Source of the DNA: Vicinamibacteria bacterium
Lineage (GTDB): Bacteria; Acidobacteriota; Vicinamibacteria; Vicinamibacterales; UBA8438
Reading direction: 5' to 3'
Assembly (NCBI GenBank): GCA_963577695.1
Contig: CAUZAY010000003.1
Span: 1 to 47,651 of the forward strand
DNA length: 47,651 bases
Part shown: positions 1 to 9,002 of the stretch, piece after piece
How positions within the stretch are numbered: the first letter of the stretch is position 1
Layout of the letters: the number at the start of each line of letters is the position of its first letter
Position numbers and translations under genes: made by a program
Notes under the pieces: generated by a model
What the model was told of the DNA's origin: nothing
What the model saw: the letters and a program-made list of their open reading frames with translations, nothing else
Database searches by the model: none

Positions 1-1077
1 GGCATCCTCGACCACGTCGCCACGCTCCAGTGGGTGCGGGACAACATCGCCGCGTTCGGCGGAGACCCGGGCAACGTCACCATCTTCGGGCAGTCAGCCG
101 GGTCCTGGTCGGTGTGCGCCCTGCAGGCGTCGCCGCTGGCGCGAGGCCTGTTCCACAGGGCCATTGGCCATTCGGGCGGCTGTTTCGGTGCGCCCCGGGC
201 TCATCTGGCCGAGACCGGCGGAGTGGCCACCGGCAGCTCCGGTCACGACGCCGGACTGGCGATTGCCAGCGAACTGGGCGCCGACGGCGACGGACCTGAC
301 GCGGCGGCGGGGTTGCGCGCAGCCACGCCGGAAGCGGTGATGGCGGCCCAGACGGCCGCCGGACTCGGGACCGGTATCGTCGTCGACGGCTGGGTCCTGC
401 CAAAGCTCACCGATGACCTGTTCGCCGCCGGCGAACACAATGACGTGCCGGTCATGCTCGGGTCGATGTCGGACGAAGGGACGACGCTGTTCGCCGGGAT
501 GGCCGAGCCGCCACACGACGAATTCGTGGCCGCTATCCGCCGTCAGTACGGCGCCCAGGGCGACGCTGTGCTGGCCGCCTATGCCGACGACGTGGCGGCG
601 TCAACCAAGACCGCCGGGCAGGCCATCGCCACCGACCGCACCTTCACCTGGCAGATGCGGGCTTGGGCCAGAGCGATCGGCGACACGAACGACGTCTACT
701 TCTACCATTTCAGTCACGCCCCTCCGGTCTTCCGTCTATATCGCCCCGAGGCACCGGAGCTCGACTATGCGGCGGGACGCCGAGGTGCGGGCGCCTATCA
801 CTCGGGCGACCTCGCCTACGCGTTCGCCAACGTCGGACTCGTCGGCCTCGATTGGAACGACCGCGACCGTCAGCTGTCCGACCAGATGTCGCAATACTGG
901 GTGAATTTCGCCACCACCGGGAACCCGAACGGCGAAGGGCTCCCCGAGTGGCCGAAGTATGACCGAGCGTCAGAGCCGGCCATCCATTTCGCGACCGACG
1001 GGACGACCGCCATCAGCAAGGTGCGGGAGGCCAAACTCGACCTGTTCGACCGCTCGTACCAGGTCGGCGGCAACTAG
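1..1077 (+). CDS. Carboxylesterase type B family (5'-truncated by window edge)
   Basis: Open frame from base 1 (GILDHVATLQWVRDNIAAFGGDPGNVTIFGQSAG) with the type-B signature and GxSxG nucleophile. C-terminal AYHSGDL His motif and WVNFATTGNPN...WPKY. Confidence 0.92.
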   Translation, partial: GILDHVATLQWVRDNIAAFGGDPGNVTIFGQSAGSWSVCALQASPLARGLFHRAIGHSGGCFGAPRAHLAETGGVATGSSGHDAGLAIASELGADGDGPDAAAGLRAATPEAVMAAQTAAGLGTGIVVDGWVLPKLTDDLFAAGEHNDVPVMLGSMSDEGTTLFAGMAEPPHDEFVAAIRRQYGAQGDAVLAAYADDVAASTKTAGQAIATDRTFTWQMRAWARAIGDTNDVYFYHFSHAPPVFRLYRPEAPELDYAAGRRGAGAYHSGDLAYAFANVGLVGLDWNDRDRQLSDQMSQYWVNFATTGNPNGEGLPEWPKYDRASEPAIHFATDGTTAISKVREAKLDLFDRSYQVGGN

Positions 1078-1117
1078 GCGGTCCGTCGAGCGATTGACCG
1101 GTTCTACTCAGGTCCTC

Positions 1118-1231
1118 ATGTCAGTTCGTCCTGGCGCCCGCATAGCCCACTACGACGTGACCACCCTCATCGGCGAGGGAGGGATGGGACAGGTTTGGCA
1201 GGCCACCGACACCCAGCTCAATCGCCGGGTC
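1118..1231 (+). pseudogene. Ser/Thr protein kinase 5' remnant
   Basis: ATG at 1118 gives MSVRPGARIAHYDVTTLIGEGGMGQVWQATDTQLNRRV (Hanks subdomain I glycine loop). Similarity stops just before the VAIK lysine. Confidence 0.8.
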
Positions 1232-1647
1232 TGCTCGAACGGAATGTCGACGGTGTCCTTCCACTCCAGCGGTCGGACCGGTTCCTGCTTCTCGTCCAAC
1301 ACTAGGAAGAAGAACCCGTGCAGGTGGAGGGGGGTGACCATTTGGTCGTGTTTTCAACCGTCCAGAGTAGTACCTCGCCCGGACTCGCCGGTACCGGCGT
1401 GGCGTTCCACCCGGGGCGGTCGTTGATGCGGTACTCCTGGTGCGATGGTCACCATGGCCACCCGTGCCTCCAGGGTGACCTCGACGATGTGCGGGTCGGC
1501 GTTCAGGTCGACCGCCTCTGGAAGCTTGATCTGCTCGTCCCATCCCAGCGGCTGCAGCGAGTCTTGGGCGAGCGCCGGGGCCGACTCCGACAGCAATGTC
1601 AGGGTGCAGAGGGCGGCAATGAGTCGTGCGGTAGTGGCGGTTGTCAT
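1220..1647 (-). pseudogene. Multicopper oxidase remnant (internal deletion, frameshift, 3' truncation)
   Basis: A signal peptide plus EAVDLNADPHIVEVTLEA N-terminus jumps near 1435 into another frame reading EYRINDRPGW...WTVENTTKWS. A 1-nt shift in a C-run (~1330) then gives PLHLHGFFFLVL...WKDTVDIP (MCO domain-3 HPxHLHG region). The HCH motif is absent. Confidence 0.75.
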
Positions 1648-1800
1648 TCGTGCTCTGGGACGAATTGCTGCTAGAGCTAGCGTCGAGGTGGGGAATTTTT
1701 CCGTTCGTGTGTGTTTTTCCGCGAACAGGCCGCGTCAACCGGGCCACACGTCCCACTGACCTGACAGTGCACGAGCGAGACCAAACCCAGCGCTAGGGCA

Positions 1801-2337
1801 CTAGCAACCCCGATTCGGCGGAGTCCCCTCGAACCGCTCGGTCACCGCCGAGAGCTGCACGATCAGGCCGTCGGGGTCCGGAACGATCACGCTGGTCGAT
1901 CCGGCCTGACGCACCCCTTCCACACCGGCGTCCTCGAGTTGGGAGGCGACGCGCTCGGCGTCAAAGTCTTCGACGCCGACGCCAAAATGGTCGATCTCTC
2001 CGGCGACGGCGTTGCCGGCGGTGAGGCTGCAGTTGCCCCCTTCAGTTGGACACAGACTGATGAGACCGCCGTCCGGGAAGTCGAGCGCATAGGCGTCACC
2101 GACGATGTAGCGACGGGCGGGAAGCCCGAGCAGATTCCGGTAGAACGCCTCGGAACGCCCGACATCGCTGACCCCGACGTTCACGTGGTTCAACGAACGA
2201 GCCCTGATACCGGTACGGTTGGTTTGCGCACCCGCCGTGGCGGGCAGGGCCAGTGCGGTCATCGCGCCGAGGAGTTGGCGGCGGGTCAGCGTCCCGTCTT
2301 CGTATTGCCGTAACAGCGTGTCGAATGACTGCGTCAT
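1801..2337 (-). CDS. VOC/glyoxalase-family protein with probable Tat signal
   Basis: LNHVNVGVSDVGRSEAFYRNLLG, IDHFGVGV and DPDGLIVQL motifs; TRRQLL twin-arginine plus AGA cleavage site; AGGAGG RBS before ATG 2337. Confidence 0.85.
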   Translation of the reverse strand: MTQSFDTLLRQYEDGTLTRRQLLGAMTALALPATAGAQTNRTGIRARSLNHVNVGVSDVGRSEAFYRNLLGLPARRYIVGDAYALDFPDGGLISLCPTEGGNCSLTAGNAVAGEIDHFGVGVEDFDAERVASQLEDAGVEGVRQAGSTSVIVPDPDGLIVQLSAVTERFEGTPPNRGC

Positions 2338-2377
2338 TGGTGCCTCCTGGCTTCCTGAGGAATCGTACCGAGCCGTT

Positions 2378-2420
2378 GTAGCAAGCCCCTTCAGGGGCGC
2401 TGATCTCAAGCCCCTGCTAC
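2378..2420. repeat. GTAG-type REP palindrome pair
   Basis: GTAGCAAGCCCC-TTCA-GGGGC...GCCCCTGCTAC; the left half is nearly identical to 7054-7080. Confidence 0.7.
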
Positions 2421-2526
2421 GAACACAATCGCGCCGGGTCAGAGCGCCCGTTTCCGTCGCCGGGCTTCACGCCCCGCGCAGGACGGGATGACAGGCCGAT
2501 TCTAGTCGGACTCGCGGCGTCCGTCG

Positions 2527-3897
2527 CTACGGCGATCCGAACTCCAGCCGTTGCCAGAGGGCCTGCAGCTGGGCCGCCACGAACTCGTGGCCCGCCTCGT
2601 TCCAGTGGCTGTCCTCCGGCGCATAGAGCAGTCGTCCCGCCGCCGCCTCGGCCTGCATGAGCGGGGACAGGTCCACGCAGTCCAGACCCTCATCGGCGCA
2701 GAACGCATTGAATCGCTCGACCAGGTCCCAGGGCCGCCAGTGCCGGCACTGGCTCTCAGCCGCGAACGTGCAGTGCTCGCCGTAGACTCGGAACTTCATT
2801 GGCACGAAGACCGGCACCACCACCACCCCGAGACCGCGACCGAGCGCCACGCCGTCCCGAATGGCCTGTTTGGTCGTGTCGAAGCGCTCGGCCTCGTACT
2901 CGGTGAACGGCAGGGCCGCATAGTCATGGTAGGCCAGCAGATGCCGGGTACCGGCGTCATCGAGAAACCAGCCGTGGGGCGGCAGTGGCTGGCCCACCAG
3001 CGGGTGCACCGCCTGCCTCAGCCATCCATGCGCGTTGCGAACCAGCGACGCGCGCCGGAACCGGGGCCAGTCGAAGCGGAGGCCCAGGTCGAACCCGAGG
3101 TCTTCAACCTCGTGGTCTTCGAGAAAGAGCAACGTGTCTTCGAACGACTGGTCGTCATACAGGTCGTTGCCCTCAAAAAAAAACCAGGCCACGAGCCGCG
3201 GCCGCATCGGCAGCCCGTATCGTCTGAGCACTTCAAGCTCTTGGAGCGTCCCGTATCCGGAGACGGCGAGATTGGACACCGGCCGACGCAGACGCTGCTC
3301 CAGCACGGTCGCCGCAGTCTGGTCGTCTGAGACATACCAGCCCTCGACATACGAGTCGCCGATGAGGACCACGTCCGCGAGGGTTCGGTCGATCGTGTTG
3401 CGGAACCCGCGCGCGTCGGTGGTGAAGGAGATTTCCTTCCGCGGAGCGAGCGGAACGTTCCATGAACTGGCGAGGTCGCTTCGCACTCGGCCGGCCCAGG
3501 AAGCCTGGGGCGGTCGGCGGAAGGAGAGCGCCGCATCGGCGACGAACGCATCGGTTACAGCGGTCGCTTCAAGGAGACCGGCGTAGCTCACCAGGCCGAA
3601 CGCGGCCGGAAGCTCCAGCAGGGCCACGAGCACGACGAGGGTCAGAGTTGTGCCGATCGCGCGGAGCTGGGTGCGGCGGGGCATTGACCAGGGCGATGCC
3701 CAGGGTGACGACCAGCCAGACCCACCGAACCAGCATGCCCCGTAGGTGAGGACCAGCCCGCTGAGAAACAAGCGCTCCGTCCAGACGTCTGCCCACGCAT
3801 CGGTCCCCCGTGACAAGAGACCGACGCCGACCCACCAGGCCACGACGAGACCGATACTGAGGGCGGCACGCTGGAGGGAGGGGTGTGCGGGGTTCAT
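2527..3897 (-). CDS. Membrane-anchored SGNH/AlgX-AlgJ-like O-acetyltransferase/hydrolase
   Basis: N-terminal TM segments; IGDSY Ser motif, NLAVSGYG, FFEGND and C-terminal DSHWN (DxH) motif. Start uncertain (3897 or 3918). Confidence 0.75.
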   Translation of the reverse strand: MNPAHPSLQRAALSIGLVVAWWVGVGLLSRGTDAWADVWTERLFLSGLVLTYGACWFGGSGWSSPWASPWSMPRRTQLRAIGTTLTLVVLVALLELPAAFGLVSYAGLLEATAVTDAFVADAALSFRRPPQASWAGRVRSDLASSWNVPLAPRKEISFTTDARGFRNTIDRTLADVVLIGDSYVEGWYVSDDQTAATVLEQRLRRPVSNLAVSGYGTLQELEVLRRYGLPMRPRLVAWFFFEGNDLYDDQSFEDTLLFLEDHEVEDLGFDLGLRFDWPRFRRASLVRNAHGWLRQAVHPLVGQPLPPHGWFLDDAGTRHLLAYHDYAALPFTEYEAERFDTTKQAIRDGVALGRGLGVVVVPVFVPMKFRVYGEHCTFAAESQCRHWRPWDLVERFNAFCADEGLDCVDLSPLMQAEAAAGRLLYAPEDSHWNEAGHEFVAAQLQALWQRLEFGSP

Positions 3898-3983
3898 GAC
3901 AGGCCGGCGGTTTAGCATAAGGTTATGTCGTGAGACCGCCTGGCGGTGAATGCGGGCCGGGCCGGAGACTCTGAGGTTACGCT

Positions 3984-5072
3984 ATGGCCAACAGAAAATC
4001 TGCTGCGTTCGTCGTGCTTGGCCTCGTAGCCGGAGCGACCCTGATCGCGCAGGACGGACCGATGCACGTCGACATTACCTGGATGTCGATGGCCAACCTG
4101 CACTATCAGATCGGCGATGTCGGCGTCGTGACGGACGGCTACATTAGCCGTATTCCGGAAGACGCCTTCTTCGGTGGGCCTAGTGGGCTGGCCAGCAGTC
4201 GCCGGGCGTATCGTCCGGACATCACTGCGGTCAGTAATGTGCTCGTCGCGCTTGGGGGACCGCCACGCGTGACGCTCCTGCTGACCGGCCACAGTCACTG
4301 GGACCACTCCTTCGATACCGCCACCTGGTCAGGCCTCACGCAGGCGCCCATCATCGGGTCTCGAAGCACCTGCTTCCAGGTTCAGGCTGAGAACATTCCC
4401 GCCGATCGCTGTACCGTCGTGGAGGGGGCCGAGGCCATCGTGTTGAGTCCCGGCGTCACGATGTATGTCGTGCGCTGGAACCACAGCGGCGACCCCGATC
4501 GCAACCCGGAGCAACACAACCCGGTGGAGCTGGACGGCGTGCCGACGCCCGATGCGGCGAGCGGCGGGCTTCGTCCCGGTGTTGCGGAAGATTTCCCGAA
4601 TGGCGGCGGAACTCGCGGTTTTCTGTTCGTCGTCGAAGGCCCCGGCGGACCGTTCAGCTGGTTTCAGCAGAGCTCGGCCAGCGCGGTGGATCTGGATGTG
4701 CCGATCGTCGTGGACGGGGTCGATCACGGGGCGCCGATCGACAATCTGCGGGCGGCGCTCGCACAGGCGGGCTTGGACCGCGTAGATGTGTGGATCGGCA
4801 CCGGTGGGTTGGGGGTTGCCAGGTTGGTGGTGCCGCTTCTCAGGCCGAAGGCCTACTTGCCGATTCACTGGGACGGACTATGGGACCCATTTGAAGACGG
4901 CCTGGCTCGGCCGTTCGCGGGTGGCGCGCTCGAGGCCTACCTTCGAGAGGCGGCGGTCGAGTTGGTCGCACCGGGGCAGTTCTTGGACCAATGGCGACTG
5001 GACGCCACGGGGATACAGCCGCGGAACAACCAAGCGGCGCAGCAGTCGCTCGGTTTCGCCGTCCGGCAGTGA
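3984..5072 (+). CDS. Secreted metallo-beta-lactamase-fold hydrolase
   Basis: Signal peptide; HSHWDH (HxHxDH) motif; later WNH and PIHWD motifs. Confidence 0.8.
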   Translation: MANRKSAAFVVLGLVAGATLIAQDGPMHVDITWMSMANLHYQIGDVGVVTDGYISRIPEDAFFGGPSGLASSRRAYRPDITAVSNVLVALGGPPRVTLLLTGHSHWDHSFDTATWSGLTQAPIIGSRSTCFQVQAENIPADRCTVVEGAEAIVLSPGVTMYVVRWNHSGDPDRNPEQHNPVELDGVPTPDAASGGLRPGVAEDFPNGGGTRGFLFVVEGPGGPFSWFQQSSASAVDLDVPIVVDGVDHGAPIDNLRAALAQAGLDRVDVWIGTGGLGVARLVVPLLRPKAYLPIHWDGLWDPFEDGLARPFAGGALEAYLREAAVELVAPGQFLDQWRLDATGIQPRNNQAAQQSLGFAVRQ

Positions 5073-5151
5073 GAGCCGAGCGAACCAACCTTGAGCGACG
5101 GCCGTGCCCTCGAGAGGCGGGATCGTCGCGCAGCCGCCCGCTGTTGACGGG

Positions 5152-6153
5152 CTACCGCGTGCCTTCGACTGCCTGCGTGTTGAGCTTGCGCGCGCCGGCC
5201 ATGATGCCGGTCAAGCCATAGTTGCCTTCGTGGCAGGCATATTCGAACAACGGTCCGTCGGTCCGGCGGAACGGGATGGCCGCGCTCCAGGGACGCGTGT
5301 AGTTGTTCGGATCCTCGATGGTGAACTCATACATCACCGTGTCGGGATCGAGCCGCGTGAATCGCTCGATGAGGATTGTGTCCTTCGATGAGCCGGTGAA
5401 GTTCGTGGCCCGGGAAAAATTCTTTGTTTCGACGATGAACGTGTTCCCGTCATACCGACCGCGCGAATCGCCGGACCACTGACGGATGTCACCGTGGGCC
5501 CGGTCGGTCACCGGAATGACCCGCGTGTTGTGGATGTGCTCGTTGACGATGGTCACGACGCCAGCGGCCTGCAGGATCAGCGTATTGTTGTTGTAGGAGC
5601 CGGGACGCATCGGGGGACCGGCATTGGACCCCATCAGACACCGGTCGCCCAAGCTGCGGTCCGTGTAGTGATCCGCGAACCCGTTGCGCAGGTTCAGGCG
5701 TCGAATCGTGTTCTCCTGTCTGAAGTCCTCAGTGTACGGAATGCGGCCGCTCGGCGGGTCGACTACCAACGAGGTGCGTTTGTCACTGGTGAGCTCGATC
5801 CCGCGCTCGTACCAGAATTCGTTGTAGGACAGGACGCCGCCCTCGGCGCGTGATTGATAGCCGGCGCTCGGGGCGCCCGACTCTGGGTCGAACAGGTCGC
5901 GATTCAGCCGCGTGCGCTCGGAGGCCTCCCAGGCCGCCGCCTCCTCGTCGCTCAGGGCGTCCTTGTCGGCCAGCGCCAGGGGACGTTCCAGGGGAGTGAG
6001 GGTGCGGAATGTGAAGATCCCGGCAATATTCGGATGCCCCTCGGCGGTGCGCATCGGCGCCGGGGCGTCCCCCGATTGGGCCACTGCGGGAGCGGGCGAC
6101 ACGGCGAGCGCGGTAGCAGTCACGACGACGGCCGTCAGGCATCGAGTGGTCAT
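5152..6153 (-). CDS. Uncharacterised secreted protein, 'YACHEGNY' family (paralog 1)
   Basis: Signal peptide, RTAEGHPNIAGIF, TSLVVDPPSGRIP, DRC, GDSRGRYDG, ERFTR and FEYACHEGNY; clearly paralogous to 14206-15225. Confidence 0.8.
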   Translation of the reverse strand: MTTRCLTAVVVTATALAVSPAPAVAQSGDAPAPMRTAEGHPNIAGIFTFRTLTPLERPLALADKDALSDEEAAAWEASERTRLNRDLFDPESGAPSAGYQSRAEGGVLSYNEFWYERGIELTSDKRTSLVVDPPSGRIPYTEDFRQENTIRRLNLRNGFADHYTDRSLGDRCLMGSNAGPPMRPGSYNNNTLILQAAGVVTIVNEHIHNTRVIPVTDRAHGDIRQWSGDSRGRYDGNTFIVETKNFSRATNFTGSSKDTILIERFTRLDPDTVMYEFTIEDPNNYTRPWSAAIPFRRTDGPLFEYACHEGNYGLTGIMAGARKLNTQAVEGTR

Positions 6154-6394
6154 CTGTGGTCTCCGGTGGTTCGCAGGATTCCAGACATCGTCACGCACGC
6201 TCTCCGCCAGTTCATCTCGCCGGCATCCGAGCATCGGTCTTCAGTTTCAGTGTTGATTTTACTGCTGGCGGGCGGGAGGTTCAACGTCCGTCGTCTGGAA
6301 CCGTCGTCGTGAGGAAGTCAGCGACCCGTCAGGCGTCGACCGGAACGTCGATGGAGCCGCTGAGTGAGTGCGGTACCATAGGGGCCGGCGTGCG

Positions 6395-6958
6395 ATGTCC
6401 ACGACAGAAGGAGAGTCTGTGTCTAGCAACGGAATCTCAGTGCGGTCCAGGTGGCTGCTGGCGGTGGCGGCGGCCAGCGGCGTGCTGCTCGCCGTGACCT
6501 CCGGACCGAACCTGCGAGCGCAGGAACCGACCGAGGCGAACATCGCCTCCGGCCGGCGGCTCTATCACCAGAAGGCGGACTGCCAGGCCTGTCACGGCTG
6601 GTCTGGGAATGGCGACAAGCTCGATAGTCAGGCGCCAGACGGGGCCGACCTCCGCGCCAGCACCCTGGACCGTGAGCGGCTCATCTTCGTCATCAAGTGC
6701 GGCTTACCCGGTCGAGAGATGCCCGCCTTCGACCGGATGTCCTACAAGGACGATCGATGTCTGGGACGGACCCAGGCGGACTTGGACCGGATGGGGCTGG
6801 AGCTGCCCGACGCGGGGGCGACGTTGCAGAACCGTGAGGTCGAACGGCTGGCCGACTTTCTGATGACGAAGGTGATCGGGAAGGGCGAGATGGACCGGGC
6901 CACCTGTATCGATTTCTGGGGTGAAGATATCGACGTGTGCGCCGATCTTCAGAACTAG
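6395..6958 (+). CDS. Monoheme cytochrome c
   Basis: Signal peptide, CQACH heme motif, distal MPAF Met ligand, and four additional Cys. Confidence 0.85.
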   Translation: MSTTEGESVSSNGISVRSRWLLAVAAASGVLLAVTSGPNLRAQEPTEANIASGRRLYHQKADCQACHGWSGNGDKLDSQAPDGADLRASTLDRERLIFVIKCGLPGREMPAFDRMSYKDDRCLGRTQADLDRMGLELPDAGATLQNREVERLADFLMTKVIGKGEMDRATCIDFWGEDIDVCADLQN

Positions 6959-6968
6959 AGGTGCGAAC

Positions 6969-6992
6969 GCAGGCCCAAAGGCCTGCGTCCAC
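6969..6992 (-). repeat. REP-like palindrome
   Basis: Reverse complement GTGGACGCAGGCC-TTTG-GGCCTGC matches the REP at 27265. Confidence 0.6.
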
Positions 6993-7003
6993 GACAGCGG
7001 GGC

Positions 7004-7172
7004 GGTTTCCTGGCGAGGCGTTCGCCTCCTGAGGAAATCGTGGCCGTGGGATCGTAGTAAGCCCCTTCAGGGGCGCTGATCGCTCAGCGGGCCTAAAGGC
7101 CCTTGCTACGGCCGGCAGCTGGGCGTGACCGAAGAAGCAACGCCGTCCAGGCGGACGCCTCGCCAGGAAACC
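7004..7172. repeat. Inverted-repeat-bounded MITE-like element with nested REP pair
   Basis: GGTTTCCTGGCGAGGCGTTCGCCT (7004-7027) versus AGGCGGACGCCTCGCCAGGAAACC (7149-7172), 23/24 complementary. REP doublet at 7054-7109 inside; related to 13263-13368. Confidence 0.75.
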
Positions 7173-8929
7173 TACTCCAGCGCGAAGACGAACAGGTAGC
7201 TCGAGCTCTCGAGGTTGTCGTACTTCACCGGGTGCAGGTGGCGCCCGCTGCTTTGCACCGCGACGAACTGTTTCGGTCCCACCGAATAGGTCACCGGGGC
7301 GCCTTTGAGCGGCGTCCCCACGTTGAACCGCCACAATTCTTCGAGGGTCTCATCGTGGTAGGCGATGACCCAGCCGTCCTGCAGCGCGCTGAACACCAGC
7401 CCGCCGGCGGTGGCCGTGATCCCGGACCGGACCTCGATGTCGGTGACGACCTTGGCCTTCACCTCGTGCTTGTCGGCGTCGAAGGCGGTGATGGAGCCGT
7501 AGTACAGATCGCTGGTGTACTCGCGGCGCTCGCTCGCGCTATTGTCGATGTTGCCGTCCGGACCAGCCGAGGCCACGGCGGCGCCGTTCTGGGTGAAACA
7601 GCCCTCGGTGCCGACCCCGTAGGCAATCTGCTTCACCGGGTTGAACGCCAACGGCTGGTGCGCCACCCCGCCGTGCCAGGTCGGACACGCGCGCTTCATG
7701 TTGTCGCGGTCGGCGCGAAGAGCGCGCGCTTCGGGGTTGTAGATCTGCACGTCGAGGTTCGGGTCGTAGTCCACGGGAAGTCCGCTGACCGGGTCCAGAC
7801 CGGCGGTCCAGTTCAGGTCGTTCACATACTTGGCGCCCCGGATGAAGCTGCCGTTGGTGCGGTCGAGCGAATAGAAGAATCCGTTACGGCCGTAGTGTGA
7901 GACCACCTTCCGCATCTGTCCATCGATCTCGGTGTCGTAGACCATGTGCACGCCCACTTCGTCGTAGTCCCACGAGTCGTTCGGCGTGTACTGGAAGTGC
8001 CAGCGGAGTTCCCCGGTGGCCACGTCGAGGGCGACAGCCGAGTTCGTGTAGAGGTTGTCACCCGGTCTGAACTCAGGGTCGTAGATCGGATACGGGTTCC
8101 CGGTGCCGAAGATGTAGAGATTCTGCTCCGGGTCGTACGAGCCGGTCTGCCAGACGCCGCCCCCCCCGGTCTTCCAGGCGTTGTGGTCGTCTTTCCAGGT
8201 CTCGCTGCCCGGCTGGCCCGGTTCCGGCACGGTGTACCACCGCCACAGTTCCTCGCCGGTCTCCACGTCCAGCGCCGCGACCCATCCGCGGGTGCCGCCA
8301 TCGCCGGCGCCGTTCTGCACCAGCACCTTGCCGTCGGCCACGAGCGGTGCGGTGAGAAAACGCTCGCGGCGGCCGAACTCGGTGACGCCGGCCACCTCCA
8401 CGTCCCAGATGATTTCGCCGTTGTCACGGTCGACGGCGATCACCCGACCGTCCGGAAGATTCGCCAGCACTTTGTCTTCCCAGAGCGCGATGCCGCGGCT
8501 TCGCGAGACGTTGCCCTCGTGGTCCACACCCGGGTCGGCAATCCAGACATAGTCGCCACGGTCAGGCTGTCTGGCGTCGATCTTGTAAATAGTGCCCCAG
8601 CCGTCGGTGGTGTACATGAACCCATTGTCGACCAGCGGGTTGACCTCGGCCTCCGGGCCGTTTCGTCCGGTATCCTGCATGCCCCCAATTGCGAGCGCCC
8701 AGACCATACGCATCGTGCTCACATTCTCCCGATTGATCTGGGTGAGCTTCGAGTACCGCTGCGAACCGTAGTCGCCGTTCATCAGCAACCAGTTCTGCGG
8801 CTCGTTCTGCGCGTTGAGCAGCCGGTCCTTGCTGACAGTCAGGCTGTACTGGCCGTCAATCGTGACCGCCGCGGCGGCGACAACGAGAGCGCAGGCGAAC
8901 GCTGTCTTCACCATTGAGTGCTGGCGCAT
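7172..8929 (-). CDS. PQQ-dependent dehydrogenase (quinoprotein alcohol dehydrogenase superfamily)
   Basis: Signal peptide; NWLLMNGDYGSQRYSKLTQIN; repeated A-x-D-x-x-T/N-G-x-x-x-W propeller motifs; GTGNP, GDNLYTNS, FQYTPNDSWDYD. Confidence 0.92.
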   Translation of the reverse strand: MRQHSMVKTAFACALVVAAAAVTIDGQYSLTVSKDRLLNAQNEPQNWLLMNGDYGSQRYSKLTQINRENVSTMRMVWALAIGGMQDTGRNGPEAEVNPLVDNGFMYTTDGWGTIYKIDARQPDRGDYVWIADPGVDHEGNVSRSRGIALWEDKVLANLPDGRVIAVDRDNGEIIWDVEVAGVTEFGRRERFLTAPLVADGKVLVQNGAGDGGTRGWVAALDVETGEELWRWYTVPEPGQPGSETWKDDHNAWKTGGGGVWQTGSYDPEQNLYIFGTGNPYPIYDPEFRPGDNLYTNSAVALDVATGELRWHFQYTPNDSWDYDEVGVHMVYDTEIDGQMRKVVSHYGRNGFFYSLDRTNGSFIRGAKYVNDLNWTAGLDPVSGLPVDYDPNLDVQIYNPEARALRADRDNMKRACPTWHGGVAHQPLAFNPVKQIAYGVGTEGCFTQNGAAVASAGPDGNIDNSASERREYTSDLYYGSITAFDADKHEVKAKVVTDIEVRSGITATAGGLVFSALQDGWVIAYHDETLEELWRFNVGTPLKGAPVTYSVGPKQFVAVQSSGRHLHPVKYDNLESSSYLFVFALE

Positions 8930-9002
8930 GGTCTGGTCTCCCTGTGGACGTGCAATTGGCATAGCTTACAACGAGTGGGGTGGGGACCCCACGACACGGG
9001 CG

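Noticed and set aside
6960-7172. CRISPR array
   Set aside because: The repeats are inverted and dispersed, with no regular repeat-spacer period and no cas genes.
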